Shown: piece by piece, positions 38,604 through 56,129 of the stretch | Numbering within the stretch: position 1 is the first letter of the stretch | Layout of the letters: every line of letters begins with the position of its first letter | From: Eledone cirrhosa | Taxonomy: Eukaryota | DNA length: 64,000 bases | Direction: 5' to 3' | Assembly (NCBI GenBank): GCA_964016885.1 | Contig: OZ024742.1 | Location: 32,178,001-32,242,000 of the forward strand | Notes under the pieces: model-generated | Database searches by the model: none | Told to the model about the DNA's origin: nothing | What the model saw: only the letters and a program-made list of their open reading frames with translations | Position numbers and translations under genes: made by a program

Positions 38604-39042
38604 GGGAGGAGGTTATAGTTCACTTGAAGCATTGTGTAATGAGGTATAAACGTTTGAATATGTATAATAAAGCCAAAACAATGCAGGTATGGACATAGAA
38701 AAAAGAATGCAATTGCAAAAGATATTGTTGACAATTCGTCTTTTACCTTAGATTTATTTTAAACGTCCTTAATTTTCGAGATAATATCTCTTCTTCAGAG
38801 GGAAATAAAGGTCTCAAACCAGCGTTCTAAATATCTTGCCAAGCCATGCTGACAGGAAATAGTATAGAGTATCTGTTCTATCTCTAATGTCAAGAAGAGA
38901 TATTATCTCGAAAATTAAGGACGTTTAAAATAAATCTAAGGTAAAAGACGAATTGTCAACAATATCTTTTGCAATTGCATTCTTTTTTCTATGTCCATAC
39001 CTGCATTGTTTTGGCTTTATTATACATATTCAAACGTTTATA
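38602..39042 (-). mobile_element. Inverted-repeat element (arms ~38645-38795 and ~38892-39042) with a minimal hammerhead-like motif at 38767-38801 (-)
   Basis: Near-perfect ~150-bp inverted arms. The minus strand reads cct-CTGAAGA-agagatattatctc-GAAA-at-TA-agg. Confidence 0.75.
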
Positions 39043-39051
39043 TATATATAC

Positions 39052-39133
<82 letters not shown>

Positions 39134-39168
39134 GTGTATATATGTATATATATATATATGTATATATG

Positions 39169-39203
<35 letters not shown>

Positions 39204-39284
39204 ATATATATATATATATATATGTGTATATATGTATATATATATATGTATATATGTATATATATATATATATGTATATATGTA

Positions 39285-39315
<31 letters not shown>

Positions 39316-39340
39316 ATATATATATGTATATATATATATG

Positions 39341-39380
<40 letters not shown>

Positions 39381-39383
39381 AAT

Positions 39384-39682
<299 letters not shown>

Positions 39683-39747
39683 TACATATATACACATATA
39701 TATATATATATAAATATATATATAAATATATATATATATATAAATAT

Positions 39748-39780
<33 letters not shown>

Positions 39781-39921
39781 TATATTAGAAAGTGAGGGTT
39801 TTTTTACAAAATGAAAAATAACCGAGGTGTCCTACACGAGTGAAAGTATAAAGAAAAAAAGATGAAATCAAAAATGCAACTGGAGTCTTATTTAAAAAAA
39901 TATATATATATTTATTTGGTT

Positions 39922-39958
39922 CCTTTACCGGTTTCGCAGTTATTCTGCTTTTCAAAAG
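39922..39958 (-). ncRNA. Minimal hammerhead with U3:A8 core variant
   Basis: ctt-TTGAAAA-gcag aataa ctgc-GAAA-ccgg-TA-aag. Confidence 0.65.
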
Positions 39959-40166
39959 TAGAGTTGAGATGGAGGGTCTGTGGTTTTTCTCACATCTGAT
40001 GCCGACAATTTAGACAATAAATGTGTACTTCTTTTAATCTCTCAGCGGGCAGAGAAAAGAGGTCTCTCTGGCTAGTTTCTGGTGTCTTTAGAAGTTTATC
40101 AGAGAAAAGGCTAACCATCTTCTGTCCACAGAGATATTATCACTATAAACTTATTTATTGTGTACA

Positions 40167-40322
40167 GAAGGTGGCGAATTGGTAAAGTTGTTAGAACGTC
40201 AGATGGAATGGTTTGTGGTATTCGTTCCAGTTCTCTGCTCTCTGAGTTCAAATCCTGCCGAGGTCAACTTCGCTTTTCATCCTTTCGAGGTCGATAAAAA
40301 AAGTACCAGTCAAGTACTGAGG
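40167..40322 (+). mobile_element. tRNA-derived SINE (further copies at ~44920-45057, ~61505-61590, ~61742-61900; minus strand at ~46470-46540)
   Basis: A-box-like start and B-box-like ctgagttcaaatcc, followed by gaggtcaactt..gtcgataaaa..gtaccagt. Confidence 0.8.
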
Positions 40323-40349
40323 CATATTCTTCCTCTACATCTCCTTCTC

Positions 40350-40435
<86 letters not shown>

Positions 40436-40560
40436 GTGTGTGTGTGTATGACAGCTCACACCTATGCAGGTTTAGCTGGCCTCCTCCAAGGTGTATCTCG
40501 TTGGAGATGTCTTGGGTGATTTAATGATAGGGATCCCAGTCCCTATCATCTCATTTCTAC

Positions 40561-40686
40561 AACTGAGTAACTGGAGCAACGTGAAATAAAGTTTCTTGCT
40601 CAAGGAAACAACACATCACCCGGTCCGAGAATTGAACTCACAACCTTTCCATTGCAGGCCCATTGCTCTAACCACTAACCCATGCG

Positions 40687-40689
<3 letters not shown>
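40561..40689 (-). mobile_element. Second tRNA-derived SINE family (also 57685-57880 plus strand and 21320-21470)
   Basis: The reverse complement reads aggcgcatgg..tagtggttagag..gagttcaattc..ccttgagcaag..actttatttcacgttgctc. Confidence 0.75.
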
Positions 40690-40744
<55 letters not shown>

Positions 40745-41039
40745 TAGTTATAATCTTCATATATGTGTGAGTGTAAGGATTTCTCCCTCTAAGAGGTTTT
40801 CTTGGAATAGACCTTGGAGATGACGACGTCTCAATTGAGATTTGAACCTAAAACATAAAGATTCAAAACAGAATACAAGACATTTTTTTCCCAGAAATCT
40901 CCCGTTTCTGTCATTTACCGCCACGGATAGAGATCATTCCAAGTACTTGCGCGCACTCACCCAACTTCTCTTCCCGCACATATATATATATATATGCTCA
41001 TTTCAAAATATATATATATATAAATATATATATTGAAAT

Positions 41040-41083
<44 letters not shown>

Positions 41084-42249
41084 AAACACCATGCACATAT
41101 ATATATATATATATATAAATACACACACACACATAAACACGCTGTCTCGTTATCAAGATTTATAGTTAAATGGTCCCTTGAACTTATACGTATATGTGTG
41201 TATTTGTGTAAGTGTACACCCGATTCAATTATGTGTGTGTATGTATATATGAATATATATGTATGTATATATGTATATATATATGTGTATATATATATGT
41301 ATATATATGTGTGTATATATGTATACATATGTATGTATATGTGCAAAGATATGTATGTATATATGTATATACATATGTATGTATATATGTATATGTGTAT
41401 ATATGAATATGTACATATATTTGTATATATATATATGTAAATATATAAATATATATGTATATATATATGTATATGTATATATATATATATGTATGTGTGT
41501 GTGTGCGTGTGCGTGTGCGTGTGTGTGCGTGTATTTAGCGGGTGTAAATGTAAATGTGTTTGGTGGTGGTGTGGTTGCCAGATGGATTTGTTCATCTGTA
41601 GTGGTAGTGATGACGTGAGAAGAAGGAGTAGCTTGGTAAAGTAATGTCATGTGATTAAGTGAAATTGGTCTCAGAGAGTCGGGAGAAGTTTTGTCATGTT
41701 TGAGGTAACAAGTAGTTGTACTCTGTTGTTGTGGTGTGAAGTGATATTACCGCGGCAGACCTGTCAAATCTACCTACTTTGGCGTGAGTGAGAGATGTCT
41801 TCTCTTGTAAAAATGGATATAGCTTTCATTGTGTAAAATCTCTCATCTCTCCCTGCTTTGGGGCACTTTTTTTCATGGTACTCCTCGTTTGGGTTATTAT
41901 GGGTTGGCAGGTGTGCCGCAGGGAAGAATTAACAAATGAACAAGGCACCGTTAATTTTAACTTGTTTTTATTTATAACATGATTTACTTCGGAATCATGT
42001 GCAACAATGAACAACAGAAAAGGATGCAACTATAGATGCAGTATGTTATGTGTACAAATATAGAATACCATAGTAATGCATACTAACCTGTGTTGGTAGC
42101 AATCTCAGCTAGATGCGAGGTAGACGATGGCAAAGCCACACAAATCTTGCATAACTTTTCAAAAGCATGAAACTTGTGAAACCGGAAAAGTCATATACTA
42201 TTGTAAATAAACCTCCTTAACGACTCCAATTGCATTTTCAACTTCGATT

Positions 42250-43005
42250 GTCCAACGCTCTACCAATTCTGCCAATAAGGGCTTCTGATTTAAGTACAAG
42301 GCCAACAATTTTGAGTGAGGGGCAAGACGATTAAATCGACCCAGTACATTACTGGTACTTTATTTTATCGACCCAGTAAGGATAGAAGTCAAAGCTAATC
42401 TCGGCGGATTTTGAACTAAGAACGAAAAGGTCCGTAACTATATTTCCACAAAAAATGTTATCTGTGCTCTACCGACGTACTACGAGTACTTTATTTTATC
42501 GACCATGTAAAGGGACGTAACTCTGTACCACAAAGCATGTTTTCCGACGCTCTACCGATACTGTTATTCCACCGCCCTTAGAATATAATTTAATAATGGT
42601 TTCTGATTTAAGTACGAGGCCAACAACTTTGAGTGAGGGGAAAGTCGATTAAATCGACCCAGTGTATTACTGGTACTTTATTTTATCGACTCCATAAGGA
42701 TGAAAGGCAAAGTTAACCTTGGCGGGTTTTGAATTAAGAACGAAAAGGTCCGTAACCCTATACCACAGAGCATGTTGTTCGACGCTCTACCGATACTGTC
42801 AATCCATCGCCCTTAAAGCCAACAATGTTGAGGGTAAAGTCGACTAAATTGAACCAGTGTATTACTGGTACTTTATTTAATCGACTCCGTAAGGATGAAA
42901 GGCAAAGTTAACTCCGGCGGATTTTTTAACTAAAAATGAAAAGGTCTGTAAGTATATACCACAAACATGTTCGACGCTCTACTGATTCTGCCAATCCACC
43001 GCCTT
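42250..43005 (-). repeat. Tandem array of 3-4 diverged SINE copies
   Basis: Repeated ttactggtactttattttatcgac...aaaggcaaagttaac...gacgctctacc blocks. Confidence 0.8.
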
Positions 43006-44309
43006 GAAGTGTCTGATAAATAATAGAAATAATAAAACGGGTATATTCTGTTATTTGCTTAATTACATGTAAATCACCAGCCTTTTAAGTAGATATGAGA
43101 AGTTGGTGGTTAAGTGGAGTAAAAGAGATATACCAGATATTACCTTTTTATGACTCTCACTATTAAGTATTACACGGAGCTCTGTGTGTGTCTATGTGTG
43201 TGTGGGAGAGAGGGAGGGAGAGAGAGCGCGGGGGTGATAGAGAGGGGGGAGAAGGAGGAGAGAGGGTGTGTGAGAGAGAGAGAGAGAGGGTGTGTGTGTG
43301 TGAGAGAGAGAGAGAGGGGATGTGAGGGAGAAGGGGGAGAGAGAGGGAGGGTGTGTGTGTGTGTTTGTATCTGTGTGTGAGAGAGAGAGAGAGGGTGTGT
43401 GTGTATGTGTGTATGTGTGTAAGAGAGAAGGGGGCAGAGAGGGTGTGTATGTGTGCATGTGTGTGTGTGTATGTGTGTAAGCGAAGATAAGCCTGAATAT
43501 TTTTTAAAGTAATATTTCATGCTGATACAGAAAATTAGCTTATTTTCTGCTGTGTACGATTCACATCTTAGAATTACTTCTCTTTCTTTCTTTCTTTATT
43601 TGTTTATTTATTTATTTTCTTCTTCTTCTTCTTCTTCTTCTTCTTCTTCTTCTTCTTCTTCTTCTTCTTCTTCAGTAACATATCCCTCATTAGAATAAGA
43701 AAAAATGCGCGTCTCCCTTGATATCCCTCCGGGGGTAACTCTTTCTCTGTTCTGTCCACACCTGTTGTCCTAAACGTCGGAGAGGCAGGGTGCCATAACC
43801 GGATTTAGAACTTGGAGGCACCCCACCAGCAAGGGGCTCTATCGACGGGGGTGAGCCTAGATAAATGTTCCCTGGGGCAGCCAAAGACTTTCTCTCCTGA
43901 TTGGAGTTTTTTGGTTTTATCTTTTAGACATACCAGAACAATATTTTTAAAACATACATAAAATGTAAACTTGGTGGTGTGTGTATATTTAAATATTTTG
44001 TGTAAGAGGGGCCTCAAACCTGAAATGCACTAGGACCTTCAGGTTCTAAATCTGCCTTCCTTGCTATAAATCCGGCCCCGTAGGGCGCGGACGAACGGGG
44101 TGGGGAGATGTGCATGACAACCTTTCATCGAGTAGTTTATGTAGTTACTGTTGCCCACTAGACATCTCCCCCCTTGCTCAATACTTCTCTATATCTGGTG
44201 TAAAGGAACTCTGTGTCAGGCCCGTGACTACTCTTCACCCAGCACGACCTAGTCACTGAGAGAGAGAGAGAGAGAGAGATCGTCTATCTCCTATATACAT
44301 CACTTCGTT

Positions 44310-44700
44310 CCTAGATACACCACCTAGCTCCTATATACACCACCTAGCTCCTATATACACCACCTAGCTCCTATATACACCACCTAGCCCCTATACACAC
44401 CATTTCACTATATATACACCACCTAGCTCCTATATACACCACCTAGCTCCTATATACACCACCTAGCCCCTATACACACCATTTCACTATATATACACCA
44501 CATAGACCCTATATATATCACCTAACTGCTATATACACCACCTAGCCCCCATACACACCATTTCACTATATATACACCACATAGACCCTATATATATATC
44601 ACCTAACTGCTATATACACCACCTAGCCCCTATACACACCATTTCACTATATATATTCCACTATATATATTCACTATATATATTTCACTATATATATACA
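44310..44700. repeat. ~20-bp minisatellite (tatatacaccacctagctcc)
   Basis: Direct tandem copies with variants. Confidence 0.9.
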
Positions 44701-46819
44701 TCACTTTCGTTGTTTCTCTAAAGTGGAATGACCCAGTAGATAATATCCCGTACTCTCATCTTCATATCACACTGTCAACATTATATTTTATCGCTGACCA
44801 ACACATCTCTCGCTCTGCTAATTGTCCTACACTTGTCTGTTATTATTCACAGACATTCTGTCAGTTAAAATACTCAAGACACTTAGCTAACGAAAATAAG
44901 TATTTTCTTGACAGCCAAGAGGTGATGAAATGGCAAAGTCGTTAGGGAGTCGGATAAAAAATAAAATCCTCGCAGTTTTTTTCTGGCTCACTGCGCTCTG
45001 AGTTCAAATCCCACCGAAGTCAACTTAACATCCTTTTGAGGTGGATAAAGTACCAGCATAGGGTAGAAATTATCTCTCTCTCTCACTCGCTCTCTCGTCC
45101 TCTCTCTCTCTCTCTCAAGAGAGAGAGAGAGAGAGAGAGAGGAAGAAGAAGAAGAAGAAGAAGAAATTGACCTGGAGAGGGATGGGCTTCGTCAGGTTTT
45201 AAATGTCCAAAGTCATACCGTGTGTCAAGACTGTGCTCCTACGATTCCGAGAGTTAAGGATCCATGAACTTGGCCAACCAGAAAATCTCAACTAATCGGT
45301 TGATGGAGATAGCAGCTAAATCCCGCTCAAAAAGAAGAAAAAACACCCAACTATCTTAAAGTCAAACACATTGAGTCATGTATTCCTGAGTTAACTGTGC
45401 CAGGGAAAAACGGAAAGACAGTCACTACAGAAACGTCTTTGATCATAGGTTAACAAGATGGTGGCCTGCCAAGTGATATGGAGGGACAACAAGGTTAAAT
45501 AAGTACCTATACCATAGTGGTAGATATTTTTCTCAATCCAGGAAGAAAGAAGGGGAAAAAAGCGAAGTTAATGGAATAAATCGAAGGCAAGCCTGCAAAT
45601 CAACATTCGCGCCACTATTTACGTTAAATCTACTTAAGGGAACTAACACAGTTCTGATTTCCTTTCAAACATACCAAGGCGTGTGTAAAGGGAGTACAAT
45701 ACACAGGAAAAGAAAGAACTCTCTGAAATAGTAATGGTAATAGTAAGGGAGCCGTTCTGACACGGCATGTCTATTTTTTTTTTAAATGTAAGGTCTGTCT
45801 CGAGCCCGGAGGCTCATCAGGCTGGCGCTCAGGGCCGGATGAGGGGCAATTTTACCGGGGACCCTGCACTATTAGCGACGGCCGCAGCAATTCATCTGTG
45901 CCGTCAGCTGGACCTTTTAGTTTTAGGATTGTTAGAATTTTTTAATATAATACCTGTATGTATAACTTTTCAGTTCCAATTACTTGCACCAAGCTAAGTT
46001 TGATATGTAAAATTGGAGGGTTTGCTATGTATTCCAATTTGTTTGTGTATTTTGATATTAAGTCCAACATCCTTACCACCAAGTCACGCGCCTCTTGGAG
46101 TTTAACCCTTTAGCATTCAAACCGTCCATATCCGGCCAAAATTCTCTCACCTTTTTCTGTTCAAACCAGCTATAACCAGCTTCTCATACTGATGTTAAGA
46201 TATTGTTCTCAAAATAAATAATATCAAAATCGCATATCTTCAATATTATATGAGATAATTATGTGAGGTAAAGTGTTTACCATGAACATCCAATAGTATA
46301 TAGAGAATAATGTAAAGGCTAGAGGGTTAAAATGTCTTGAGCATTTTAAACCTGACTAACTCCACCCCTCTCAAGGTCAGAATACATCCGATTTTTCGAG
46401 AAAGCGAGAGGAGGGGGAGAGAAGAGTGAGAAAGAGAGAGAAAGAGAGATAGAGAGAGTCAACCCCTATACTGGTCGTACTTTATTTATCGACCTTCGAA
46501 AGGAGGAAAGACGTTGACCTTGGCGGGATATAAACTCAGAGATCACAGATCGATAATACCTCATCAAGGACTAAGGAACAACAAGCCTAATCAACAAGTG
46601 AACCACTGTCAGAGTTCGTGCTAGAAATAACAACCAAATCACACTTAAATTATATAATGTGTCATCATTTTATGGATGGCAGTGTGTGATTTTTGGTATT
46701 TTATACTATTAGCAATTTATCGATCTTTCCCGATCAATAATATTCATTTAGCCATTCCTTTATTCAAATTTTTATTCATTTCTCCATTAGATCATTTCTA
46801 TTTATTTATTCATACAAGG

Positions 46820-47716
46820 ACCAGCACTACTACCACCACTACCACCACCACCACTACCACCACTACTACCACCACCACCACCACCACTACCACCACTACT
46901 ACCACCACCACTACCACCACCACCACTACCACCACTACTACCACCACCACTACCACCACTACCACCACTACTACCACTACTACTACCACAACCACCACTA
47001 CAACCACTACTACCACCACCACTACCACCACTACTACCACCACCACTACCACCACTACTACCACTACTACCACCACTACCACCACCACTACCACCACTAC
47101 CACCACTACCACCAATAATACCACCACCATTACCACCACCACCACTACCACCACTACTACCACCACCACTACCACCACCACTACCACCACTACTACCACC
47201 ACTACCACCACTACTACAACCACCACTACCACCACTACTACCACCACTACTACCACCACTACCACCACTATTACCACTACTACCACCACCACCACAACCA
47301 CCACTACTACCACCACCATTACCACCACTACCACCACTACCACCACTACTACAACCACCACTACCACCACCACTACCACCACTACTACCACCACTAAAAC
47401 CACTACCACCACTACCACCACTACTACCACTACTACCACCACCACTACTACCACCACTACCACCACTACTACCACCACCACTACCACCGCTACTACCACC
47501 ACCACTAGCACCACTAACACTACTACTACCACCACTACCACCACCACTACCACCACTGCTACCACCACCACTACCACTACTACTACCACCACCACTACCA
47601 CCACTACCACTACTACTACCACCACCACTACCACCACTACCACTACTACTACCACCACCACTACCACCACCACTACCACCATTACTACCACCACTACCAC
47701 CACTACCACTACAACT
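46820..47716. repeat. (ACC/ACT)n trinucleotide tract
   Basis: Source of the poly-Thr and poly-Val ORFs in the track. Confidence 0.95.
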
Positions 47717-47814
47717 ATGTCCTATACTCTACTAAACCTTCCCTACAATCTAACATCTAACGTGACTATTAGTCATTACAACAGGGAAACACAATAATGA
47801 ATTACTAATTAGTA

Positions 47815-48990
47815 ACACACACACCCTATAATAAACCACACACACACACTATAATAAACCACACACACACACACTATAATAAACCACACACACACACTAT
47901 AATAAACCACACACACACACTATAATAAACCACACACACACACTATAATAAACCACACACACACACACTATAATAAACCACACACACACACTATAATAAA
48001 CCACACACACACACTATAATAAACCACACACACACACACTATAATAAACCACACACACACACTATAATAAACCACACACACACACTATAATAAACCACAC
48101 ACACACACACTATAATAAACCACACACACACTATAATAAACCACACACACACACTATAATAAACCACACACACACACTATAATAAACCACACACACACAC
48201 ACTATAATAAACCACACACACACACACTATAATAAACCACATACACACACTATAATAAACCACACACACACACACTATAATAAACCACACACACACACTA
48301 TAATAAACCACACACACACACTATAATAAACCACACACACACACACTATAATAAACCACACACACACACTATAATAAACCACACACATACACTATAATAA
48401 ACCACACACACACACACTATAATAAACCACACACACACACTATAATAAACCACACACACACACTATAATAAACCACATACACACACACTATAATAAACCA
48501 CACACACACACTATAATAAACCGCACACACACACTATAATAACCCCTCACTTACACACACACACTATAATAAACCACACACGCACACTATAATAACCCCT
48601 CACATACACACACACACTATAATAACCCCTCACATACACACACACACTATAATAAACCACACACGCACACTATAATAACCCCTCATATACACACACACAC
48701 TATAATAAACCACACACACACACACACACTATAATGAACCCTCACACACACACACTATAATAAACCACACACACACTATAATGAACTCTCACACACACAC
48801 TATAATAAACCACACACACACACTATACTAAACCACACACACCCACACACACATATATATATATATAATAAACTACACACACACATGTATATATAACTAT
48901 AATAAACTACACATACGCACACATATATATAACTATAATAAACCACATACACACACACACACACATATATATATATAATAAACTACACAC
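47815..48990. repeat. Minisatellite ctataataaac(ca)n with variable CA length
   Basis: Dozens of tandem copies. Confidence 0.95.
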
Positions 48991-49057
48991 GTGCGCGATA
49001 AAACCCCCCTCCACACACACACGTGTCATTAGCCCCCCCCCGTGTAAGTAGCCCCCC

Positions 49058-49088
<31 letters not shown>

Positions 49089-49344
49089 AACGGTCTTCTC
49101 TCCAGTACTTCTACCAAATTCCAGTCACATGACTTCGCCAAGATGTTGTACAGCGGGACTGAACAGAGAAACATGTGGTTGTGCACTCCCTAACCCTAAC
49201 CCACACAGGGCCGCCTTTATCGGGGGTTGGGGGCGAATGTCCTGTTCCCTTCCTCCTCAAACTGCCTTTCCTCTCTCTGAGCAGGGCCCCTTCTTGAAGG
49301 AGAATTCCTACTTCAAACAGCTCCTACTACCGCTTCTCTTTCTT

Positions 49345-49375
<31 letters not shown>

Positions 49376-49755
49376 ACACATACACAGACACACACATACA
49401 CAGACACACACCACACACACCACACATACACACACACAGACCACACACACACACACATACACAGACACACACCACACACACACACACACACCACACACAC
49501 CACACACACACACACCACACACATACATACACCCCCCACACACACACACATACACATACAGACACACACACAGACACACACACCACACATACACACCACA
49601 CATACACACCACACACACCACACATACACACCACACATACACACCACACACACACCACACACCACACATACACATACACACACACACCACACATACACAT
49701 ATACACAAACGTACACCACACACCACACATACACATACACACACACACACACAGA

Positions 49756-49786
<31 letters not shown>

Positions 49787-50009
49787 CCACACACACACAT
49801 ACCCCCCCCCCCCACACACACATACACACACACACACATACACACACACACACACACCACATACACACAACACACACACCACACATAAACAGCACACACA
49901 CACAACACACACACACCACACACACACACACACACCACACACCACACATACACATACACACACACACACCACAAATACACACCACACGCACACACACACA
50001 CACACACAC

Positions 50010-50048
<39 letters not shown>

Positions 50049-50523
50049 ACACATACACACCACACAAACACACACACATACACACACATACACACACCCA
50101 CGCACACACACACACCACACACACACATACACACACACATAGACACACACACATACACACACACACACACACACGCACACGCACACGCACACACATCACA
50201 CACACCACACATACACACACACACCACACACACACACACACCACACACACACACACACACACACCACACACACACACCCATACACACACACACACACACT
50301 TACACACACACACACACACACCACACATACACACCACACACACACCACACATACACACCACACATACACACCACACACACACACCACACACCACACATAC
50401 ACATACACACACACACCACACACCACACATACACACACACACATACACACACACACACACAGACACACACACACATACACACACCACACATACACACCAC
50501 ACACACACACCACACATACACAC

Positions 50524-50555
<32 letters not shown>

Positions 50556-50594
50556 CCGCACACACACCACACATACACACACACACACCACACA

Positions 50595-50633
<39 letters not shown>

Positions 50634-50637
50634 TACA

Positions 50638-50700
<63 letters not shown>

Positions 50701-51125
50701 ACACACACACCACACATACACACACACACACACACACACCACACATACACACACACACACACATACACATACACACACACACACACATACACATACACAC
50801 ACACACACACCACGCACACACACACACCACACACACACATACACACACACACACCACACATACACACACACACACACCATACACACACGCACACACCCCA
50901 CACACACCACACATACACACACACACACCACACACACACATACACACACACACACACCACACACACACACACCACACATACACACACACACACCACACAC
51001 ACACATACACACACACACACACATACACACACAATCACACACACACACACCACACATACAGACCACACACACACCACACATACACACCACACACCACACA
51101 TACACACCACACACACACACACACC

Positions 51126-51157
<32 letters not shown>

Positions 51158-51340
51158 CACACATACACACACACACACACACACACATACACATACACAC
51201 ACATACACACACCACGCACACACACACACCACACACACACATACACACACACATACACACACACACATACACACACACACACACCACACATACACACACA
51301 CACACACACGCACACACCCCACACACACCACACATACACA

Positions 51341-51386
<46 letters not shown>

Positions 51387-51583
51387 ACACACACACCACA
51401 CACACACACACCACACACACACACACACACATACACACACACACACACACTTACACACACACACACACATACACACCACACATACACACACACACACCAC
51501 ACATACACACCACACACACACCACACATACACACCACACACCACACATACACACCACACACACACACACACACACCACACACC

Positions 51584-51619
<36 letters not shown>

Positions 51620-51778
51620 CACGCATGCACACACACACACACACCACACACCACACATACACATACACACACACACACACCACACATACACACACACACA
51701 CACACACCACACACCACACATACACATACACACACACACATACACAGACACACACCACACACACACACACCACACACC

Positions 51779-51810
<32 letters not shown>

Positions 51811-52241
51811 CACACATACACACACACACACACACACACCACACACCACACATACACATACACACACACACATACACAGACACACACCACACACACACAC
51901 ACACACACACCACACACACACACACACATACACACACGCACACACACACACACACCACAAACACACATACATACACACACCACACACACACACCACACAT
52001 ACACACACACACACCACACACACATACACACATACACACACACACACCACACATACACACCACACACACACCACCCATACACACCACACACACACCACAC
52101 ATACACACCACACACACACCACACATACACACCACACACACACACACACCACACACCACACATACACATACACACACACACACCACACATACACACACAC
52201 ACACACCACACATACTCTTACACACACACACATACACACAC

Positions 52242-52273
<32 letters not shown>

Positions 52274-52525
52274 TACACACACACACACACACACCACACA
52301 CACACACACATACACACACACACACCACACACACACACACACACACCACACATACACACACACACCACACACACATACACACACACACACACACCACACA
52401 TACACACCACACACACACCACACATACACACCACACACACCACACATACACACCACACACACACCACACATACACACCACACACACACCACACATACACA
52501 TACACACACACACACACCACACACC

Positions 52526-52568
<43 letters not shown>

Positions 52569-52676
52569 TACACACACATACACACACACACACCACACAC
52601 ACATACACACACACACACACACCACACACACACACACCACACACACACACACACACACCACACATACACATACACA

Positions 52677-52715
<39 letters not shown>

Positions 52716-52779
52716 CACACACACACACACCACACATACACGCACACACACCACACATACACACACACACATACACACA

Positions 52780-52780
<1 letters not shown>
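49345..52780. repeat. ~3.4-kb complex (CA)n-derived satellite
   Basis: CA dinucleotide interrupted by CC and TA. Confidence 0.95.
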
Positions 52781-52842
<62 letters not shown>

Positions 52843-52845
<3 letters not shown>

Positions 52846-53198
52846 AGTATGTATGTATACGTACATACATATATGCATACAGACGTACAGTAGCATGCAC
52901 ATATATATATATATATATACATATATATATACATATGCATACAGGTACACATACATATATGCACGCATCAGTTTAGCGGACGCTTATTATAACGCCGCTT
53001 TGTTCGTTTGTAAACAAACTGAACAGCCTGAATTTATGCCATACGGTGTTAAGGCAACCACGTCACCTTTTTGTTCAACACTGACACAGGAACGATGTAC
53101 TAGTTTCAAGCTTGTTAGCTATCATCAGCACCGTTTACCCATCTGCCAGATAGTTGAAAAGTGCCATACTAAGAGTGAGAAATGAAATTTCGTTTTCA
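52843..53198 (+). repeat. Dispersed repeat, second copy at ~59282-59692
   Basis: tcagtttagcg..ttataacg..gccatacggtgttaaggcaaccacgtcacc..aagagtgagaaatgaaatttcgttt occurs in both places. Confidence 0.85.
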
Positions 53199-53208
53199 TT
53201 TTTTTCAA

Positions 53209-53301
<93 letters not shown>

Positions 53302-53486
53302 GAATGGAGGCGGTAAAAACCAGTTAGAACGTTAATCACCAGAGTACTCGACACTCGGGGTAGTAGAGTGGGTAAAATTCGGGACCCCGACGGCTGAGCT
53401 CCGGACGTTTCAATAGCTAGATCCAAACGGATCCGAGTTCGGATCTAGCTGATGAAGCGGCCGGAGCTCAGCCGTTAGAGTCCCGA

Positions 53487-53564
<78 letters not shown>

Positions 53565-53766
53565 CAGGATGGATTCAGTTTGAAACTGGTTAGACCATTA
53601 TTCAACAAAGTACTCAATACTTGGGGTAGTAGAGTATGATTATATTATAACGAATCGGTAACTGAGTTCTTTTCCTGACAACAGCTAGTTTCAGACTCAG
53701 TCTGGAACTAGCTGTTGTAACGGCAAGACCTCAGCCGTCGGGGTACCGATTCTTTATAATATATAA

Positions 53767-53900
<134 letters not shown>

Positions 53901-54112
53901 GTTTGTGTGTGTATGTGTGTGTGTATGTATGTATGTATATATATATATATATATATCTGTTTCTTGTAAATAGACGTTCGTCTCATTCTGAGGTCACCAG
54001 CCATGTTCTCCATGTGCGTTTATTTTCATAATTACGCACGAGGTGAACTAGCCTGCTTTTAAATTCCCTTTTTGGCATATTCTAGCAGTGGATTTAGGGT
54101 TATCGTGTTTGA

Positions 54113-54191
54113 GCTCTCCTGATGAACGACTCCAACCGTGACCATCCCCGCTGAAAGTTTCGTGAAATAGTCTTTTTAGACGATATAGAGC
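54113..54191 (+). ncRNA. Type I hammerhead with full-length stem III, within a TA-flanked element at ~53957-54440
   Basis: gctctc-CTGATGA-acga..tcgt-GAAA-tagtct tttt agacga-TA-tagagc. The sister copy near 21950 has agacta, a perfect stem III partner. Confidence 0.7.
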
Positions 54192-54436
54192 ATTTGTAGT
54201 TTTTCCAAATTGAAGGATGAGTATTTAAACTTTATTTTATTCAGAGTTAAGGCTCTATTGATTTTTCCCTAGATTTCACAAAATCACTGGATAAATCTAT
54301 GTCTTGATTTTTTTTAAATTGAGTTTGAATTATTTTCCCACATCTTACGTTAACCATTTTTCCATTTTGACGTTATAGTCACTTATATATTATGAAATAC
54401 TGTTGGCTTCTTGCTCACAATAATTTCTATATTTTC

Positions 54437-55098
<662 letters not shown>

Positions 55099-55725
55099 AT
55101 TATATGAGGGGCCCACCAAGGTCTAAATCTGGCCCTACACACAAACATACACACACACAAACATACACACACAGTTACATACTCTAAATTTTTCTTCACT
55201 TTTTTTATTTCGTTTTCTAATTAAATTGTTTGTTTTTAATTTTAAATTTGGTGCCTGACTCATTGTTTTGTTAAAAACTGGACACAACACAACCAGCTCC
55301 TCTACCACCACTAACACCACTACCATCACCACTACCAGCACTACCACCATCACTACCACTAACACCACTACCACCACCACACCACCACTACCACCATTAC
55401 CACCACCACTATCGCCACCATCAACAACAAAAATATAAATACCACCCCCATAACTACAACTCCCACACACCATCACCCCTATCAACAACAAAAATCTAAA
55501 TACCATTACCGGCACCCCCACTACTACCACCACCACTCACCATCACTCACTATCAACAACAAAAATATAAATACCACCATCAACACCACCACCACTACTA
55601 CTACCACCACCACCACACACCACCAACAACAAAAATATAAATATCATCACCACCACCATCTACAAGCACCACCATCAACTCCGACAGAAAAAAACATCAG
55701 CAATTTAAATTTACATATTTATAAA

Positions 55726-55823
<98 letters not shown>

Positions 55824-56129
55824 TGTCCCCTCTGCCTTAACTGGGATGTTGGTTGTTTAATTCTAGGGATGACGCCATATTTGAGTGTTTGTGTATGTTT
55901 CAGGTTTAATTTTCAGGAAATTTTAGAACTGCACAAATCTTTGAGGCAGGTGACATGACTCGGCATTTGATATTTTATAATGACTGGTTTTAACATTTTA
56001 TGAGTGTTTTTTAGTCTTTTAACCATCATTTAACATTTAAACGTATGTTGTATTTGTCAGATAATGTAAATTTGTTGCACAAAATTTGAACTACACAAGC
56101 AAGGGTCAACTGCACATCAAAATAAACAC

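Noticed and set aside
40167-40260. tRNA genes suggested by A/B-box-like motifs
   Set aside because: No cloverleaf can be formed; the motifs are heads of multi-copy SINEs.
47815-48990. Repeat-spacer appearance resembling a CRISPR array (also 2132-4762 and 62913-64000)
   Set aside because: The spacers are microsatellite or absent, there are no cas genes and the context is eukaryotic.
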